64,000 nucleotides of DNA from Lingula anatina (GCA_051362555.1 CM120644.1:4844954-4908953); one strand, 5' to 3'; positions 12,834-27,931 are shown, counted from the first letter of the stretch. Numbers and translations are program-made. The notes: generated by a model not told the origin, from the letters alone.

Positions 12834-13429
12834 TAAATAAAAAGGGCTCACACAATGTACAAATTTATAGATAAAGTACGGCTTCCACTGTGAACTGAAA
12901 AGAATGCATGTGCCAGTGATCTGGAAATGGGTATGATAAAAAAATATATAAAAAAAATTATAAATATATATAAAATGTCGAAATATCAATAAAATAGATA
13001 CATAAAAAATCATGTACTAGTAATCAGAATTAAAAAGATGAACGTCCAGTTTAAATGTAAAATATCTTGCTTCCTCCCCATGGCGACCTTTATCCTTATT
13101 CTCACTTTTTCTCTCGTTTTTGAAAGTCATTGTTTGTCTCCACAATCTTCCTGTAGTTTGTCATGGGTCAAGGCTTATGGATTATCATTAGGTGAACCTG
13201 AAAGACTTGGTCATTTATAGTGGTGTTTATCTTTAACACTTCATGTTGATGGGTATAAGGCGTCTTTGTTGACATGATGATAGCCTATCATGGCATGTTG
13301 ACTGTATATATACTGGTAATAAACACAGAGATTATGATGGCTACTGTGTGCAGGAAGATTCATTTTTGTGAAACCTGGAAGTGGTTTACTTAGAATGTAC
13401 CGTAGTGGACACTGTGTGCGTTTTTGTGG

Positions 13430-13478
<49 letters not shown>

Positions 13479-14091
13479 TTGCTTATTTGTATGTATCAGG
13501 TGACATATCACCACAGGAGTCACACAAAATGCACGGCTGTCACATGCAGACATGCACTCTTGGCAACTAACTATCTGTCTCTATAGCCAGGGACTGCCAT
13601 ATTTGACCAGACTGGTGTATGAACCAAACATCTAGTCCCATACATGATATCAAACATACATCACCATATCAGGACCAAGTTATATAACCAGTTATATCCA
13701 ACTTAACTCTGTGTAAACACATGCCTCTTGTTGAGCCATTTATTTAATTGCAATCAGATAGATTCGTCAATCAACAAAGAAAGTCAAAGTTATTGCATCA
13801 GTCTGTTTGTCAGATCAGTAGCAGTATACATGTAAGTTACGTTGCAGATAAGATACTGGAACTATGCTTGTCTCCTAGTTGTACATAAAGATTCACTCTT
13901 GCCAATTTTGTATCTGACGTCGAAGTACATAAAGTGTGTATGTGTGGATTCTCATGTAGTCCAGACCAACTGTGTACTGTTGAGTTTTTACTAATTAGTT
14001 GACCATAAATAATGTTGCCATTTCTTTTAGTTAGCTGACTCATTTTCTATATTAGGTCTATAGATATACATTTTTTTCAAAATAAGATGTT

Positions 14092-14123
<32 letters not shown>

Positions 14124-15026
14124 CCAAGAAAGTATTTTGTAGTAAAATGAAATAATTTGACTAAAAAAAAAAAGAAAAGAAAAAAAAAAGAAAAGAAAAT
14201 ATTACAGCCTTAACAGAAAAATCCCTCTGTTGACACTGTGGCAGGACTGCTAGTACATGCATATACTTCATATACATCATACCAAACTGAATTAACAGTA
14301 CTCTATGGAATTACTCATTAAACTTTAAGAATGCATTACATCATGTATAGCAGGTGTACCTTGACCAGGTGACTTGTTCTATGTGGTTCTGAAAGATACC
14401 TGTATATTGCGATAGTTGCAATGGACTAAGACCTTAGCTGGTTCAGGTATGAAGTCTGTCATCATTGACCAATCATTTGCCTAGGGGCTGTAATTACTGA
14501 AGTACAGTAGGTGGTTTTCGTAGGTGTTTTTCACATTATTGGTAGTAATGAAAGTCCCAAACTGACCTCAGACCAAAACTGGTTCAGGTTTAAGGTGTGT
14601 CTCAGTGTCATATATCACTCCTATGTGCTGGTGAACTCCTGCTGTGCTGGCAACCATCTCTGTCGCTTTGGGGAAAAAAAAAGACAATGAAAAAAAAATC
14701 ATTGAAAATTAAGAAAAAATAAAGTGGAAAATTGATTCTTTGGAAAGAATTAAAATAATTTCAACTAGGGGATTGTGTGGCAAGCTTTGAAGTGGGTTGC
14801 CATGTTGTGAATGAGAGACAGTCTCACATTTAAAGCTCTAAGATTGAGTCGGGTTTTGTGTAGTCAGTTATTGAAGTAAAGCAGTCAAAGGTGAAACTTA
14901 AAAACTTAAAAGCAACAGCATAGGCTTGAAGTCAGTGATTTTAAATACTAGTAGGGGGATGTGTTTGTTGCTTTTTTTTTTTTGGTAGACTGAGCCCCAT
15001 TACCTTCCTACGCTAGAAATGTCTTA

Positions 15027-15252
15027 CACCCCATTTCCATAGATTTTTAGATCGCTCTATCCCTGTGGAGAGTCTCACTAGATTACTGTCAGCTTGGCTG
15101 GCTTAAGCGTCTGTCCCGCCTACTAAAAGCTGTAAGGGGGTAATTAACTATGGTGCCCGCTCGGCTGACTGCAATTTAGCGTGAACCCCCAGGGAGTTAG
15201 GTCGATCTAAATCTTAATCTTTAGATCGATCTAAATCTCTGGGAAAGCACCC
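15027..15252 (+). mobile_element. Fold-back PIF/Harbinger-like MITE, subfamily B1
   Basis: Near-identical to 28671-28896; TTA on both flanks; long imperfect inverted arms. Confidence 0.8.
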
Positions 15253-15596
15253 TTAGAACCGAGATACATTTTAATTCCTAGTGGACATTTGGAGTTTTCT
15301 AGCCCTAAGGAGAGTCTTTGGAGTTGGCAAAACTACACTTTTGCATGAAGTATACCAGGTACTCATACATGTATATCATTTATGATAGGACAAACCCCCT
15401 TGTTTTCAGGGGTTCAGAAGTAATTTCATTCGTGTCATATAAGACACGTCTCCAGGCCTTTTGAAAACTGTCTGAACCCACCCGAAGGATGTTAAATGGT
15501 TTAATATTGGCTTAACAGACAGGTCATTGCTGTTGGGCCATTGGTAATTGATATTCAATTACTATTCCAGTAGGTTTCACAGCTGTGAAGACTTAA

Positions 15597-15830
15597 TTAC
15601 CTTTGGTGAGGTGGTGATGATTTTGCCTTTTTTGGATTGATAGTTGACAGCCTTACTCAAAGAGTTAGAGCACAAATTTTCATAACATTCTCAGGATAGA
15701 TCTGAAATGGGCTAACTTGTATTAGATTAGATTATTGTGGTGACCCATTAGTTTATTTTGATTTGATTAATAATAATGAAAATTGAGTTGCCTTGGTGGA
15801 GGTCTGCACTCAAAGAGTGCTTCTGCAGCT
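15597..15830 (+). mobile_element. Degenerate short Helentron-associated (HINE/DINE-like) element
   Basis: 3' end CCTTGGTGGAGGTCTGCACTCAAAGAGTGCTTCT matches the reverse complement of 30893-30940. Confidence 0.55.
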
Positions 15831-15841
15831 TATCACCTTAA

Positions 15842-16178
15842 AGCAATAATAACTCTTCGTTTCGGCCAAAAAATGAATTTTCCTGGAGTAAACAACAATT
15901 TTCCCATACTTACCAATGGTTAATGAATCCATTTTTACATTCAAAGTTAGCCCCTGGTTTTTTTCTAAAAAGTTTGGTTTTTTGTTAAAATCTCTTAAGA
16001 GATTTTAACAGAGTATAGACATCAATGGAGGTCACGTGGTCTAAAGACAAGTTCAAATATCAGAATAAAAGCTATAACTGCTGTTTTTGTGGTAAAACAG
16101 AATATATTATATTTCTATGAGTTATTCACAAGGTTTTTATTGTGAAATATAGGTCTCATACGAAGAGTTATTATCCCT
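15842..16178. mobile_element. Kolobok-like MITE
   Basis: TIRs AGCAATAATAACTCTTCGT / ACGAAGAGTTATTATCCCT, flanked by TTAA on both sides. Confidence 0.75.
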
Positions 16179-16887
16179 TTAATTAGTAGCTATTTATTAT
16201 CTTTTACACCAGTCTATGTGTAATTAGTCACATTTTAAGACTTAAGATTTTCTCACACAGCTGGCTTTTATACTGTAGGGACAGCAAAGCCGAATGACAA
16301 AACTTTCTTCTCCCTCCTCCTCCCCCTGTACCCCCCCAAATAAATAAATAAATAAATAAATAAATAAATAGATAAATAAAAAGACAAAGAATTAAAAAGG
16401 AATTGAAATGAAATATGAGAAGTAATGTAAAGGAAATATTTACTATAGAGATAAAAGTTAAAATGAAATGAATTAGAGCAGAGCAGAGTAGAGAACACAA
16501 CAACAGAGTAAAGAAAGGTGTTATGCATAAAATAAAAAATTTCAAAGGAAGAAAGGCAACCTCTTGTGTTGTTTTTCTTGACACCATCGATGCCATCATC
16601 TGACCTTTGTCTTCTGAGTCAGTGGTCTCAGCTAGCAGTCAGTGCTCTGTCATGTTAAGTAGGGCAAGATTTATAGTAAAAGCTTCAGGTAGAAAGAATG
16701 CATTGTCATGTAGAGTAATTCAGTCCGCAGCTCAAATGCTATAATATCATCAAGGCAGTTTGTGGTGAATTCAGCCATTTTTAGAACTTTGTGAACAATG
16801 TTTTAAAGAAACTATTGAAGTCTAGCACTTCAGGGCTGCTTGTTTTTATTTTATCAAATCAATCAGTATTTGAATTGGTAAAAAGGA

Positions 16888-16930
<43 letters not shown>

Positions 16931-17661
16931 ACAAATAATTGAATGAAAAAGTAAACTTGTGAAAGCATTTTAAGTCATTGAATTGTAATCAGTTGCAATG
17001 GGTGCTTGATTTTGGTACCCACGCTGCCTTCATAAAACTTTTTTTATGTTTGCGCAAGGGATAAGAAATATGATGTTATATTCTGTCTTAAATTTTTCTA
17101 AATTATGCAAGCTGTCAAACATGAATAAAATCAAAAGTCAAGTAGCAGATCGTGAAATGTGTCATTTGTGAGCAATTAAAACTGCCTGCAGACAGTTTAG
17201 GTAGAAAGGGCAATAATGGTGTATTTGGGATGTTCATATTAGATGTGCTCTACCCACTTGCCACATAACACGTTTTCATATATATGTGTTTAATTTCAGA
17301 ATTAGCAAGGCAAATTACATGACAATAAGGGCTGATATATATTCTACAGTTCCCAGATGTGTGGTACTTCATTAAAACAATTTGTTGGCTTTATGTTGGG
17401 TGGTGTTTGTCTGGAGTATTTATTATTATTTTTTTTTGCTTCAGATGTCAGTTTTATCATCTAAGAATTAAAAAAAAAATATGTGGAGAGCTTTTTCATT
17501 CAGGTGGTCACATGCTGGACTGGAGACCATGTGGGGATTTGAATCAAGTGTTTTCATAGGGCCCACGAGTGTTGTCATAGGGAAAATTTTTTATCAATTA
17601 TAATTTTTAAAGCTGATTAGAGTGATAGCTTTGGTTCTGACTCCATGTACCTCAAGTCTGA

Positions 17662-17875
17662 GGGCGCATTCCCATAGATTTTAGATCGATCTATCCCCGT
17701 GGGGAGTCTCACTAGATTACTGTCAGATAATCCGGCTTAAATGTCCGTCCCGCCTACTACAAGCTGTGAGGGGGTAATTAACTTTCGTGTCCGCTCGGCT
17801 GACAGCTATTTAGCGTGAACCCCCAGGGAGTTAGGTCGATCTAGTTGGATCGATCTAACTTCTGGGAATGGGGTC
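17662..17875 (+). mobile_element. Fold-back MITE, B1 variant
   Basis: Body homologous to the 15027 and 28671 copies, but the termini are exchanged. Confidence 0.8.
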
Positions 17876-19544
17876 TTTGGAAAGAATTCAAGGAGTCCAA
17901 GGGCAGTGTCCTGCATCTTTCCTTAAAAATTTGAATTATTGAAAACAAGTTTTTAAGTTCAAAACAAAATCTTTCCTTTGGTAAATTATTGAAATATAAC
18001 CACAAGAAATAAATCAACTACTGTGCCAGTAGTTTCATGTACGTACATTATTATAGCATTGTAATTGATATCCTCTAACCTGTTCTGAGCAGCTGATTGA
18101 TAAACACATGTACTAGTAATGAGCAATCATTGTAATTTCCTGTGATGTGCTTCTTCGGTGCGCATTCACACTGAGTCTAAACAGATCGTTTCTTAAGTGA
18201 TCCTGATGATGCCAGCAGGGCTAGTTTTAGGGATCAGCATATATTTAAGGAGCTACATGTAAATTCAGTCTTCCAAATAATGAAGTCTAATAACATAACC
18301 AAGGCAAACCAAACTAAATAAGAATGACTCATGTTTTCCTGTTGACTGTCATTAACTGAAAGCTACTTGTTTAGGAGCAGTATACGGAGAAATCTGTGTG
18401 CGTTTCTCCCTCTGGACTCAGTGTATTACCTACTAGTATGTAGTAATCACGTCGCATCTTAATGGATTGCCTCTGCACAGATCACTGAAGTACACTTTAT
18501 GAAACTCGGCATGAATTTGTCTTTGCGAGTGTTGGGGATGGTGATTGTAGGTGGGGGTGACAGTGTGCATGTGTGGGAGTGATTGTGGGGGGGGGGGGGG
18601 GGAGAGGACCTAACACCAGGGGTCTGTCCCTTAAAATGAAACAATTAAGCCTGAAATTGATATAAATTGCCATTAATTACTATCTTATAAAATCTTCAGC
18701 ATAAATTTATAGATAAAGAGGCTCAAAGACATTTGGTTGGGTCCTTTTTATTTTTCAAATATTTACAATAATATAAGATTAAGCATAGGTAATTGTTTTA
18801 GAAAATGAAAAAAAAAAAAAAAAATCAAGTAGTCTTAACCAGACTGAAAGACAATAATGATCATTATCCAAACTGTTTTAACCAAATATGTCTGTTTTCA
18901 GTGAGTGTTGTGTTTGCAGGAGGTTTCAGTCTGAAAATCTGATCACTTGGCTGACATAAGGTCTTCAGATATATACACAGACTATAATCTGCTGCAAGTA
19001 GTTGGCTGATAAATGCTCCCAATGCTAATTGTCATGCTATGCTGTAACACTGTTGGCATTGTTTGACAGAACTGTCAATGGTCCTTAACCCAGATCTACT
19101 GAGGGCAGTTGGGGTACAACATGCAATGTTTTGACGTACACGGCATTGTTTTAAACCACATTTAAGATGGTGAAAATAATGAAAGATGAGAGCATTCCAA
19201 GGACAAAGGCAAGATGTCAATAATGATAAAATAAAATAAAATAAAATAAATCACTTTTAAATGTTATGAAATCTGGACCCAGTTGAAATTTTCATCAGTT
19301 CTTCCCCTCTTAAATAATTGCATGTTACTGCTGAAAATTTCACCAAAATTGAAAAACTTTATGGGATATCTTGACTGTTAACAAACAAACAAACAAACAA
19401 ACTAATAAATTTGGATAAAAACAGCTACCATTGTTAATGGAGGTTCATAAAACTCATTTTAGTCTGCACTAAATATGATAATTATACCCTCCCTCTGTCA
19501 TTTTTTTTGTTATTCCATTGTTATATCTATGTTATTCCTAATTT

Positions 19545-20575
19545 TATGTCTATGTTATCCTGTGCTTTCCCTTTGATAACCCAGTTATCCTATGTTATCC
19601 TGTGCTATCCCTTTGATAACCCAGTTATCCTATGTTATCCTGTGCTTTCCCTTTGATAACCCAGTTATCCTATGTTATCCTGTGCTATCCCTTTGAAAAC
19701 CCAGTTATCCTATGTTATCCTGTGCTATCCCTTTGTTAACCCAGCTATCCTATGTTATCCTGTGCTATCCCTTTGTTAACCCAGCTATCCTATGTTATCC
19801 TGTGCTATCCCTTTGTTAACCCAGTTATCCTATGTTATCCTGTGCTATCCTTTTGATAACCCAGTTATCCTATGTTATCCTGTGCTATCCCTTTGATAAC
19901 CCAGTTATCCTATGTTATCCTGTGCTATCCCTTTGTTAACCCAGTTATGATATGTTATCTCTGTTATCCCCTTGTATCCCAGTTATCCCTGTTGTCCATT
20001 TGTTATCCCTTTGTCAATAATGTCTGTGAAATCCCTATGGTATCCCTATGTCATTTCTTTGTTGTCTCTGTGCTATCCCTTGTTATCCTATACTATCCCT
20101 GTGTTATCCCATGTTATCCCTGAGTTATCCCTATGTTATCCAGTGTTATCCCTGTGTTATCCTTGTGTTATCCCTACATTATCTTCATGTAATCCCTGTG
20201 TTATCCCTGTGTTATATCTTATTATCCTATGCTATCCCTGTGCTATCCCAATGTTATTCCGGTGCAGTCGTTGTTATTCTTTTTATCCCTGTATTATCTC
20301 TGTGTTATCCCTGTGCTATCTCTTGTTATCCTGTACTATCCCTGTGTTATCCCATATTATCCCTGAGTTATCCCTACATTATCTCCATGTAATCCCTGTT
20401 ATCCCTGTGCTATCTCTTGTTACACATGTATGCTATGCTATCCCTGTGTTATCCCATGTTATCCTTAAGTTATCCTTGTGTTAAACTGTTATCCAGTGTT
20501 ATCCCTGTGTTATCTATCCTTATACTATCCCTACATTATCTCCATGTTATCCCTATGTGTTATCCCTGTGCTTAC
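19545..20575 (+). repeat. 40-bp minisatellite grading into an irregular ~10-11-bp GTTATCCCTGT-type repeat
   Basis: Unit TGTGCTATCCCTTTGATAACCCAGTTATCCTATGTTATCC x~10, followed by degenerate subunits. Confidence 0.93.
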
Positions 20576-20589
20576 TGCTGTGTGGTCAC

Positions 20590-20760
20590 TGAGCTGACCA
20601 CTTCACACGGAGTCAAGCCATAGGAAGGTCAAGTTGACCACTTATTGTTGAAGGTCAAGTTGACCACTTAATGCTGAAGGTCAAGTCCACCACTTAATGT
20701 TAAAGGTCTAGCTGACCACTTAATGCTGAAGGTCAAGATGACCACATAATCTGGTCAACC
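20590..20760 (+). repeat. ~26-bp tandem repeat
   Basis: GAAGGTCAAGTTGACCACTTAATGCT-like unit x~5. Confidence 0.8.
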
Positions 20761-23588
20761 TGTGAAATAGCCGTAATTCTGATAAGTGTTAAATTATTAC
20801 TAGCAGTAAAAGGAGTTGTAGTGGCAAACTTTATAATTGAAAATCATGATATGACTGAGATATGTCACTTGTAAAACATCTTTAAAATAACTGAAATTAT
20901 TTAAAGACTTTTTTCTTGTGTATGTGTGTGTGTACGTGTGTGTGTATGTGTGTGTTTTTCTAAACAAATTAACACCATGTATTGCAGTGTGTTCTCTACA
21001 AATGATACGTGCATTACACACTTTCATTGTATGCATGTTGAATGTATTCTCTGTATCTTAAAAAATGGTTATTTCCCTACAGAAAGATTATAGTGAACCA
21101 CCAGTAAGTTAATGTGCAGTATAAAATGCTTCAAGCATACTAAATTACAGTTAAATTTCCTATTAGGAAAGCGCAGTTTTACAATGAGGTCTTATAACGA
21201 AGTGAGTCAACATCCAGGAGCCAGACATCTATCCAGGCTTAATTGAATTTACCATGAAAATTAAGATCATTCATGATGACAGCTGTCAAAATTTTCCCAT
21301 AGAATTAGAAAAATTATTGTTCACATTAAACGAAATAACAGGAAGACAAAGCTAGCTGGGCTTTTGCAACAAGAACTAGACATGGTACAGGTAGAAGTCA
21401 TATAGTCAAATCCATCTATCATTGTAGGGAATTTTTTTAAAAATCTTTTTAGTTAGGTACCTTTTATGGCTTCCAAATGTCAGTGATGTCATTTTAGGCT
21501 ATTGAGTAATTTGATAAAATCTTCAATAAACCTTAATAATAAGCATGGTTTACCTATTGTATTGAAAATAAAAGTATCAGAAACCACAGCTTACTATATA
21601 AACTTTCAAATGGGGCAGTTTGATTTGAAATGTCAAATTTACCATCAGCTTTATGGGTGTACAACTGTTTTGAGAAAGAAGAAAGAGTCTAAAGTTGAAT
21701 CGGCCGATTTGGCACACGAGGAAAACATTTATTTTGTACGTGTTCTACAAGGTGATCTGCTGGCAATGGCGTGTGAAGAGCCATCACTGTTAATGTCATT
21801 TTTGTTTGTACTAGTAATCCAGCATGTTATTATATACACCTGTATCATCCACCTGTTCTAGCAGATACTGGAATAGGGAAATCAGATGGAGCCTCTTTTT
21901 GAATGCTGTACTGTAAAAAGGACAGTACATAGGGTTTTCATTGTCTTAATGTTTTTTACTTTCTTCTTAAAAAACTTAATGAAATGTCTCAGAACTGAAA
22001 AGCGTGCACTGTCCTTTTTAAAATAAATGATAAATATCTGCCACTCTGAAGTGAGCTGTATCTGTTGAAGATTGATCATTTACTGGTAGTTTATACCAGG
22101 GCCGAGCAAAAGTGGCTTGCAGGCATGGGTGGAGTTTTGGTGAAAGGGGGGGGGGGGGAGTAAAAGAACTGCCCTTTTGGCTGGAAAAGGTCCCGTTTGA
22201 ACAAAAATCTGATGAGGTTTTAGGCCATTTTTTGACTTAGGGTTAAAACACTTTTTTCAGGATTATAAGAACCCCAAGGTTTGATGTTGCTGGCTCAGTC
22301 CTGACAAAGGTATCTTATATATGTATGGTTCTCAAGTGTATATATATATGTTTTGTTTTCAATTGTTTCACCCAACTTGTGATGAACTTGAGGTGAGAAC
22401 AAGGTCATTTGACAGTCCAAAATTTATGGTACTACTCCATGTGTTGAACATGCTGTTCTCTTTGTACAGTCCTGTACTTACATCTTCAAGTGAATAAACA
22501 GATTTAACTAAGAAGATTCATTTTGCCTAGAGAACCTGGACAATGAGCTTGTAACAAAGAATATCTCTTCTTTTTTTTGTTTGTGAGGGGAGTAGTAAAT
22601 TTTTTTCTAGCTTAGCTGTGTAGTATCACATGAGTTACATACAACTCTCAAGTTAACCTCAAACTGTAGCGTGAGACTGGGGACCATTTTTATCATGACA
22701 AAGAGCTGTGTTATGGCCCTTCTTCTTTCTCTGGATGAAACGATCAAAGTTTAGGTACTAGTAGATGCATGAGTGCTTTTTGCCCTTTGAATTTTGTGCT
22801 TAACCTTTTAGTAAATAAAGATGTTGCGGAAACTAAAATACCCCAATCTTGGTACACCTGTAATACTGGGAAGTACGTGTTACTTACAGGTATTGTAGTT
22901 TAAATAAAAGACATTGAGAGGATTAAGGGGGGGGGGGGGGGGGGGTTGAAGAGAGGGTTTAAATTCTGTAAAATACACTAGTGCTTTTTACCCTTTGTAT
23001 GTTTTACATAACTTCTTTTTTGAAAAAAGGAGTAACTATAAATAATATGTCTGCCTCGGTAACCTGAAGTATGTGAATCTGTGTGACTTAATGTAGTTTA
23101 AATAGAATAGTGTACAGGGGGCTTGTGGTGGTGAGCATTTTTAAGTACTGTGTGATAAGGGTAAAAAATATACCAAATAAACTCATGGTACTGTAAAAAA
23201 AAAAAGAAAAAAAAAATCAAATAAACTCAGCTGCGTTATACAACTTTCATTTGTTAATACAAGTTGCCTATCTTTGTTGAATCCCTGCCAAAGTATATTG
23301 TAATTTAGGTGTGCTCTTTAAAATACCTATGTCTTTATTCACATGATGAGACACCGGTGAAACATCTACGAATATAAACCAACCAGACGGTGGTGGAGGT
23401 GGTTTAAAAAAAAAAAAAAGGCATGTTTACACCAGGCCTAAACTGGATCTATCTAGTACAGTCCTGGTGTGCAGCCCAATAAGTGTTAGACTGTATTTTT
23501 TGTTTTACTTCAAATGTGCTGAGCAGCTTTGTTTGGTGAAAAAGGCTTGATGTTCTGGAAATTGGTGAATCTACCAATACGAAGTATA

Positions 23589-23843
23589 GGCTCTTTCTCA
23601 ATGATACTGTAGGGCTACAGAGATTGTTCCAAATCTGTGGGGACTCATGCTGAATACAACCAGTTTATCAGAATGACATGCCTCGTCTTGTTTCCATCTT
23701 ATTCATATAATCACCAGCTTTTCTATAATCTACTCAATGGCAGAGGGAGGTGTGTCTTTCATTTAATTTGATTGCATTCAGCGAGAGTCCCCGCAGAGTT
23801 GGATCGATATCTGTAAACCGATATTGTCATTGGGAATGAGTCC
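23589..23843. mobile_element. Older fold-back MITE related to family B
   Basis: Arms CTGTGGGGACTCATGCTGAAT / ATTCAGCGAGAGTCCCCGCAG. Confidence 0.55.
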
Positions 23844-26562
23844 TGTCTTGCTTTTTGATGGTTCTAGTTTGATGGAAAAAGCAATAAAAAGTGTCTTAGG
23901 GTTGAATTAGGCATTAATGTCATATTAATAGCACTATTTAATGCTACTTGAAGCCTACGATGCTGGCCTACACTGAAATGCTAGGATTATTCTTGTCATT
24001 TCATGGAGTGGATGGAGTGTCATTTCACCAAGATGGCATTGTTTTTTTTCTTTTTTGAAAAATTTAGTATAGATATCAAAGTAATAATGTTAATATTTGT
24101 TCGCATGTATTGTTAATTATTTTGAATAATTAATAATATGATATTAAAATAGTAATTATTTTTACATGTATGTAGCATTCTTTACCCTGACAAGTGTAGA
24201 TTTTATTTTTCAAAAGGCTGACCTAGCATGGTCCTCTGGTGTTTTACCTCCTTGATCAAGCCTCTGGGGATATTTCTTTTATCTCTGAACAGCTGTGTTC
24301 TACATTTCCCATGCCAGTAATTAAGATAATTAGCCTGGAATTTGAAAGACAATTGACTTAATGAAGTAGAAGGAGTCTAATCTAATGAAACATTTCGTTA
24401 AGCAGTAGATGAATTAGAGTGCAACTACAAAAAGGGCATATTCATATTCTTTTTATGTTAAATTTTAATTGGTTCTAATGAAAAATCATGCTTCTAATTA
24501 TCTTATTATCTTCTGACAAACAAAGTAAACAAACTGAGAATGACTACAAACTTGATTGCAAATCACCAAAAATAAATAAATAAATAAATAAATAATTAAA
24601 TTAATTAATAAATTAAAAAAATAGTAAAAATAAAAGAAACTAAGCAACTTATGATTTATTAACTTCATTTACCCATCAAACACAAAACGTTATTATAACA
24701 TTGCCATGACGTTTTTCAGTTATATATGGGCTATGATATATGGTAACATTTTAATTACGCTCTGGTTTTGCTGGGCAAGAAACTAGCTAACTAACTAAAT
24801 AAATAAAATGTAAATAAAAATGTGGAAAACTGACCTCAGATAATTAGATCATTCCAGCCAGTAATGCAGACATACTATGTGTAACACATACTGCAACCTG
24901 ATAATATGTTTGTGCTCTGGTCTCTCCATCACTTCCCCCCGACTCAGAAGTTAATGTGCTTTCTTTGAAATAAATAGAGACCACGGAAAAAAGTCAATGC
25001 TATTGATGCTTCAATTTGCTCAAAAAGTGAGATGTCAATGACAAGAGTCAGATAGAGGGATTTATTTGATTGTGCTGGAAGTGGTTCTCACCTGCTTACG
25101 TACAGTGCATAGGCACACATTTACACATGTGCACTCGTATTTGTACAGAATATCATCCACCTCATTCAAACCCCCCCCCCCACACACACACACAACCCCT
25201 TTCTTTTTTCTATCCAAGTAACCCAACACATCATTAGAATTTTCCAAGGTTGTTTTTGAAAGTTGGTATTGTGGTCTCTACACCTCAGATATATACTGTA
25301 GGTATCAGAGTCAACAGGTTGTTGTTCTCTTTCTCCTGGAAAAACAATCCAAGGATATGCTTCTTGAATTATTGTCAGCAGAGTAACTCTATCTGTTTGT
25401 GATGAAGTCAACGGATTTTTCGATAGAGAGATAATGTTTCTTAATTGGTGTTTATAGGTGATTATATTCCTGTTTACCAAGAAGCTAGGCATCAGAAAAA
25501 AATGGACCTTTGATGGCTGATCTTCTTGTTGACCAGAAACCTCAATAATAGAATCAGAAGTAACGATATTTTCATTTCTGTAAATTCCTTCTAATACCTA
25601 CAATGGCTGCAATATTATTATGCTGTTACACCAATAATGAATGAGTGATTAAACGAATAATTATGATGATGAAAAAAATTCAAATGTTAAGAAATTTTGG
25701 AAAAAACAATGTTGTAATTTTTTGCTACAGTTATTTAGTTAATGACTATATTCGATATAAGTAATTTATAATCCAGTTAGGAGAAGTTACTTACACTCTC
25801 TAGTATTCTACTCTCAAAGAGCAGAGCAGAGTAGGATCTACCCTCTTTTAACAAATGAAATATAATGGCTAGGCTTTCGTCACCTACTCTTACAGTTCCA
25901 CAGAACCTAGCTGTTTTGCCTGCTGTTTTGTCCACAATTTATGATACTGCGAGGGAGATGGTCAAAGTACAGGTTTCACAACACAACTGCAAGTTGTGTA
26001 CTTTTTTTTTTAGAATTGTTGAAGTGGCACACAAAGGTCAGCTTTATTAGCTCTAAGAGTGGAGATCAGCACGGCGTGTGTGCTGCATTTTTTATGTCCT
26101 TGCTCGCAGTAAAAATGTCTCTTAACGTTTGAAGTGAATAGCAGTAAAGACCTGTTCAGACAAATACATGCAGCTTGAGACTGGGATCGAGTGAATGGAG
26201 GCCAAATTTAGGACATTTTTTAATAGTTTAATTTTAGGAAACATTTATGAACAAATCCCCCCACACCTCACACCCTTTAAAACCCAACTAAAATTCCCAA
26301 TTTCAGAGGTTAACACAAAGGTGTGTGGACAGCTTGATGAATGGCTTGCTTAATTAACAGATCATTGAAAGCTTTCCAGTAAGGACCCGGATATTTTATA
26401 GCCATGACAAAAAAAAGAAAAAGGGGAAAATTATAAATAAATGAATGAATAAATAAATATCAATAGCTATAGATCCCAATCTAATCATCTACATTGACAA
26501 TAAGAACTAGAACTGTTCTTGTAGAGTGTCTTGACTGTAGCCCTGCCTGTATCATCATCCCA

Positions 26563-26645
26563 CCTGACTGGATACCTGACTGGATACCTGGCTGGATACC
26601 TGACTGGATACCTGGCTGGATAAAATTACCTGACTGGATACCTGA
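26563..26645 (+). repeat. 12-bp tandem repeat CCTG(A/G)CTGGATA
   Basis: About 6 copies seen directly. Confidence 0.85.
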
Positions 26646-27422
26646 GAGTGACTCTCTGATTTGCTAATGAAGAGAATTTTCTTTACTTTCGAAATTCGAC
26701 ATTAACAGAAATATGTGAGATGTCTCTAAAAAATCTTTTCCTACACTAGTCCATAAATGTATTGTCATGTGTTTGTTTTTACTAGGATCCAAGATAGATC
26801 TTGGATCCCAGTTTTTTATTTGCCGTTGTTGATTCAGCATTTTTTTGCTCATGATTTTCAGTCTAAAGATGCCCATGTCTGAACTGACAACAAGAGAATC
26901 AGTATGAGTTAAAGGAACATTGCACTGGGAAACCCAAGTCGTGTTCACAAAGCTGCCATAGTGACATAGATCACAAACAACATGACAGATGTCAAGAGCA
27001 TGCTGGGAAGAGAACAAAAGTCGGCCTGATTTTCGGTCCTCTCACTGGTCTTTGTCTGAACTGCCTTAATGGGCAAACAGTGCATATGTTGTGATTCACT
27101 TCATATTAACACCCACGGTTTATGTGATGAAAGCTTTAAGCTTATAAGGGGTGTAATAGAATGGTAAATTTATATTGTGTTTTTTAAGTGCTTTGTAGTA
27201 CTCGCGGTTGGAGATTTTTAAAGGTTAAGTCCATCTGGGTACACATATCCCTTTTAGAGGCAAGGCATGACTGTGTTATTACTGCGTTATTGCATTGTTG
27301 ATTGCTTTAGTCACAGTATGGCGTAATTGTTCAAAATGTCAAATCAAGATTGAAGGAATTGATCTGGACATTGAACAGTGAGAACTATGGTTTGAACATA
27401 GAGAATGTAATACTGTATGCAT

Positions 27423-27433
27423 ATGTGTGTGTG

Positions 27434-27525
<92 letters not shown>
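27423..27525. repeat. Compound (TG)n(AG)n microsatellite; one of many simple repeats (e.g. 858, 1423, 3487, 13435, 27935, 31832, 37374, 45899, 60743, 61122)
   Basis: Seen directly. Confidence 0.95.
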
Positions 27526-27528
<3 letters not shown>

Positions 27529-27931
27529 GGGTTGTGGATGGGATGGGATGGGATGGAGGACATTTTTCCCCTCCTTCCAAAGCCCTGTGTTGGCAAGAAC
27601 AGGCAAAGACACTGACAAGAAACTATCAGAAAAGACCATAACTCAACCAAAAAAAAAAAAAAATTTTTCATCTTCTCTGTTTATACCTTCCTGAAAACCT
27701 TTTTCCGCTGACAAACTGTAGTCTTTAGTCAGAATCCTTGCAATCTCTGAAGTCCCACATATCATGCCGTCCGCCCACAAGACTATTAAGTTCAAAAGCC
27801 TTATAAGCAAATTGTTTTTGTGTCGAGCTCTTTCTAAATGAGCTGAAGCTCAGATATTTCCCTTATTGAGTAGACTGCAATAGGTTTGGAATGATTATTT
27901 AATAGCTGTGTGTGAGTGAGAGAGAGAAAGC

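Noticed and set aside
19872-20623. ORFs of up to 170 aa rich in L/S/C/Y/P
   Set aside because: Translations of the GTTATCCCT repeat tract.
27339-27694. Several ORFs with CV/ER/HT/SL dipeptide runs (also 3412-3708, 31706, 32833)
   Set aside because: Microsatellite translation artefacts.
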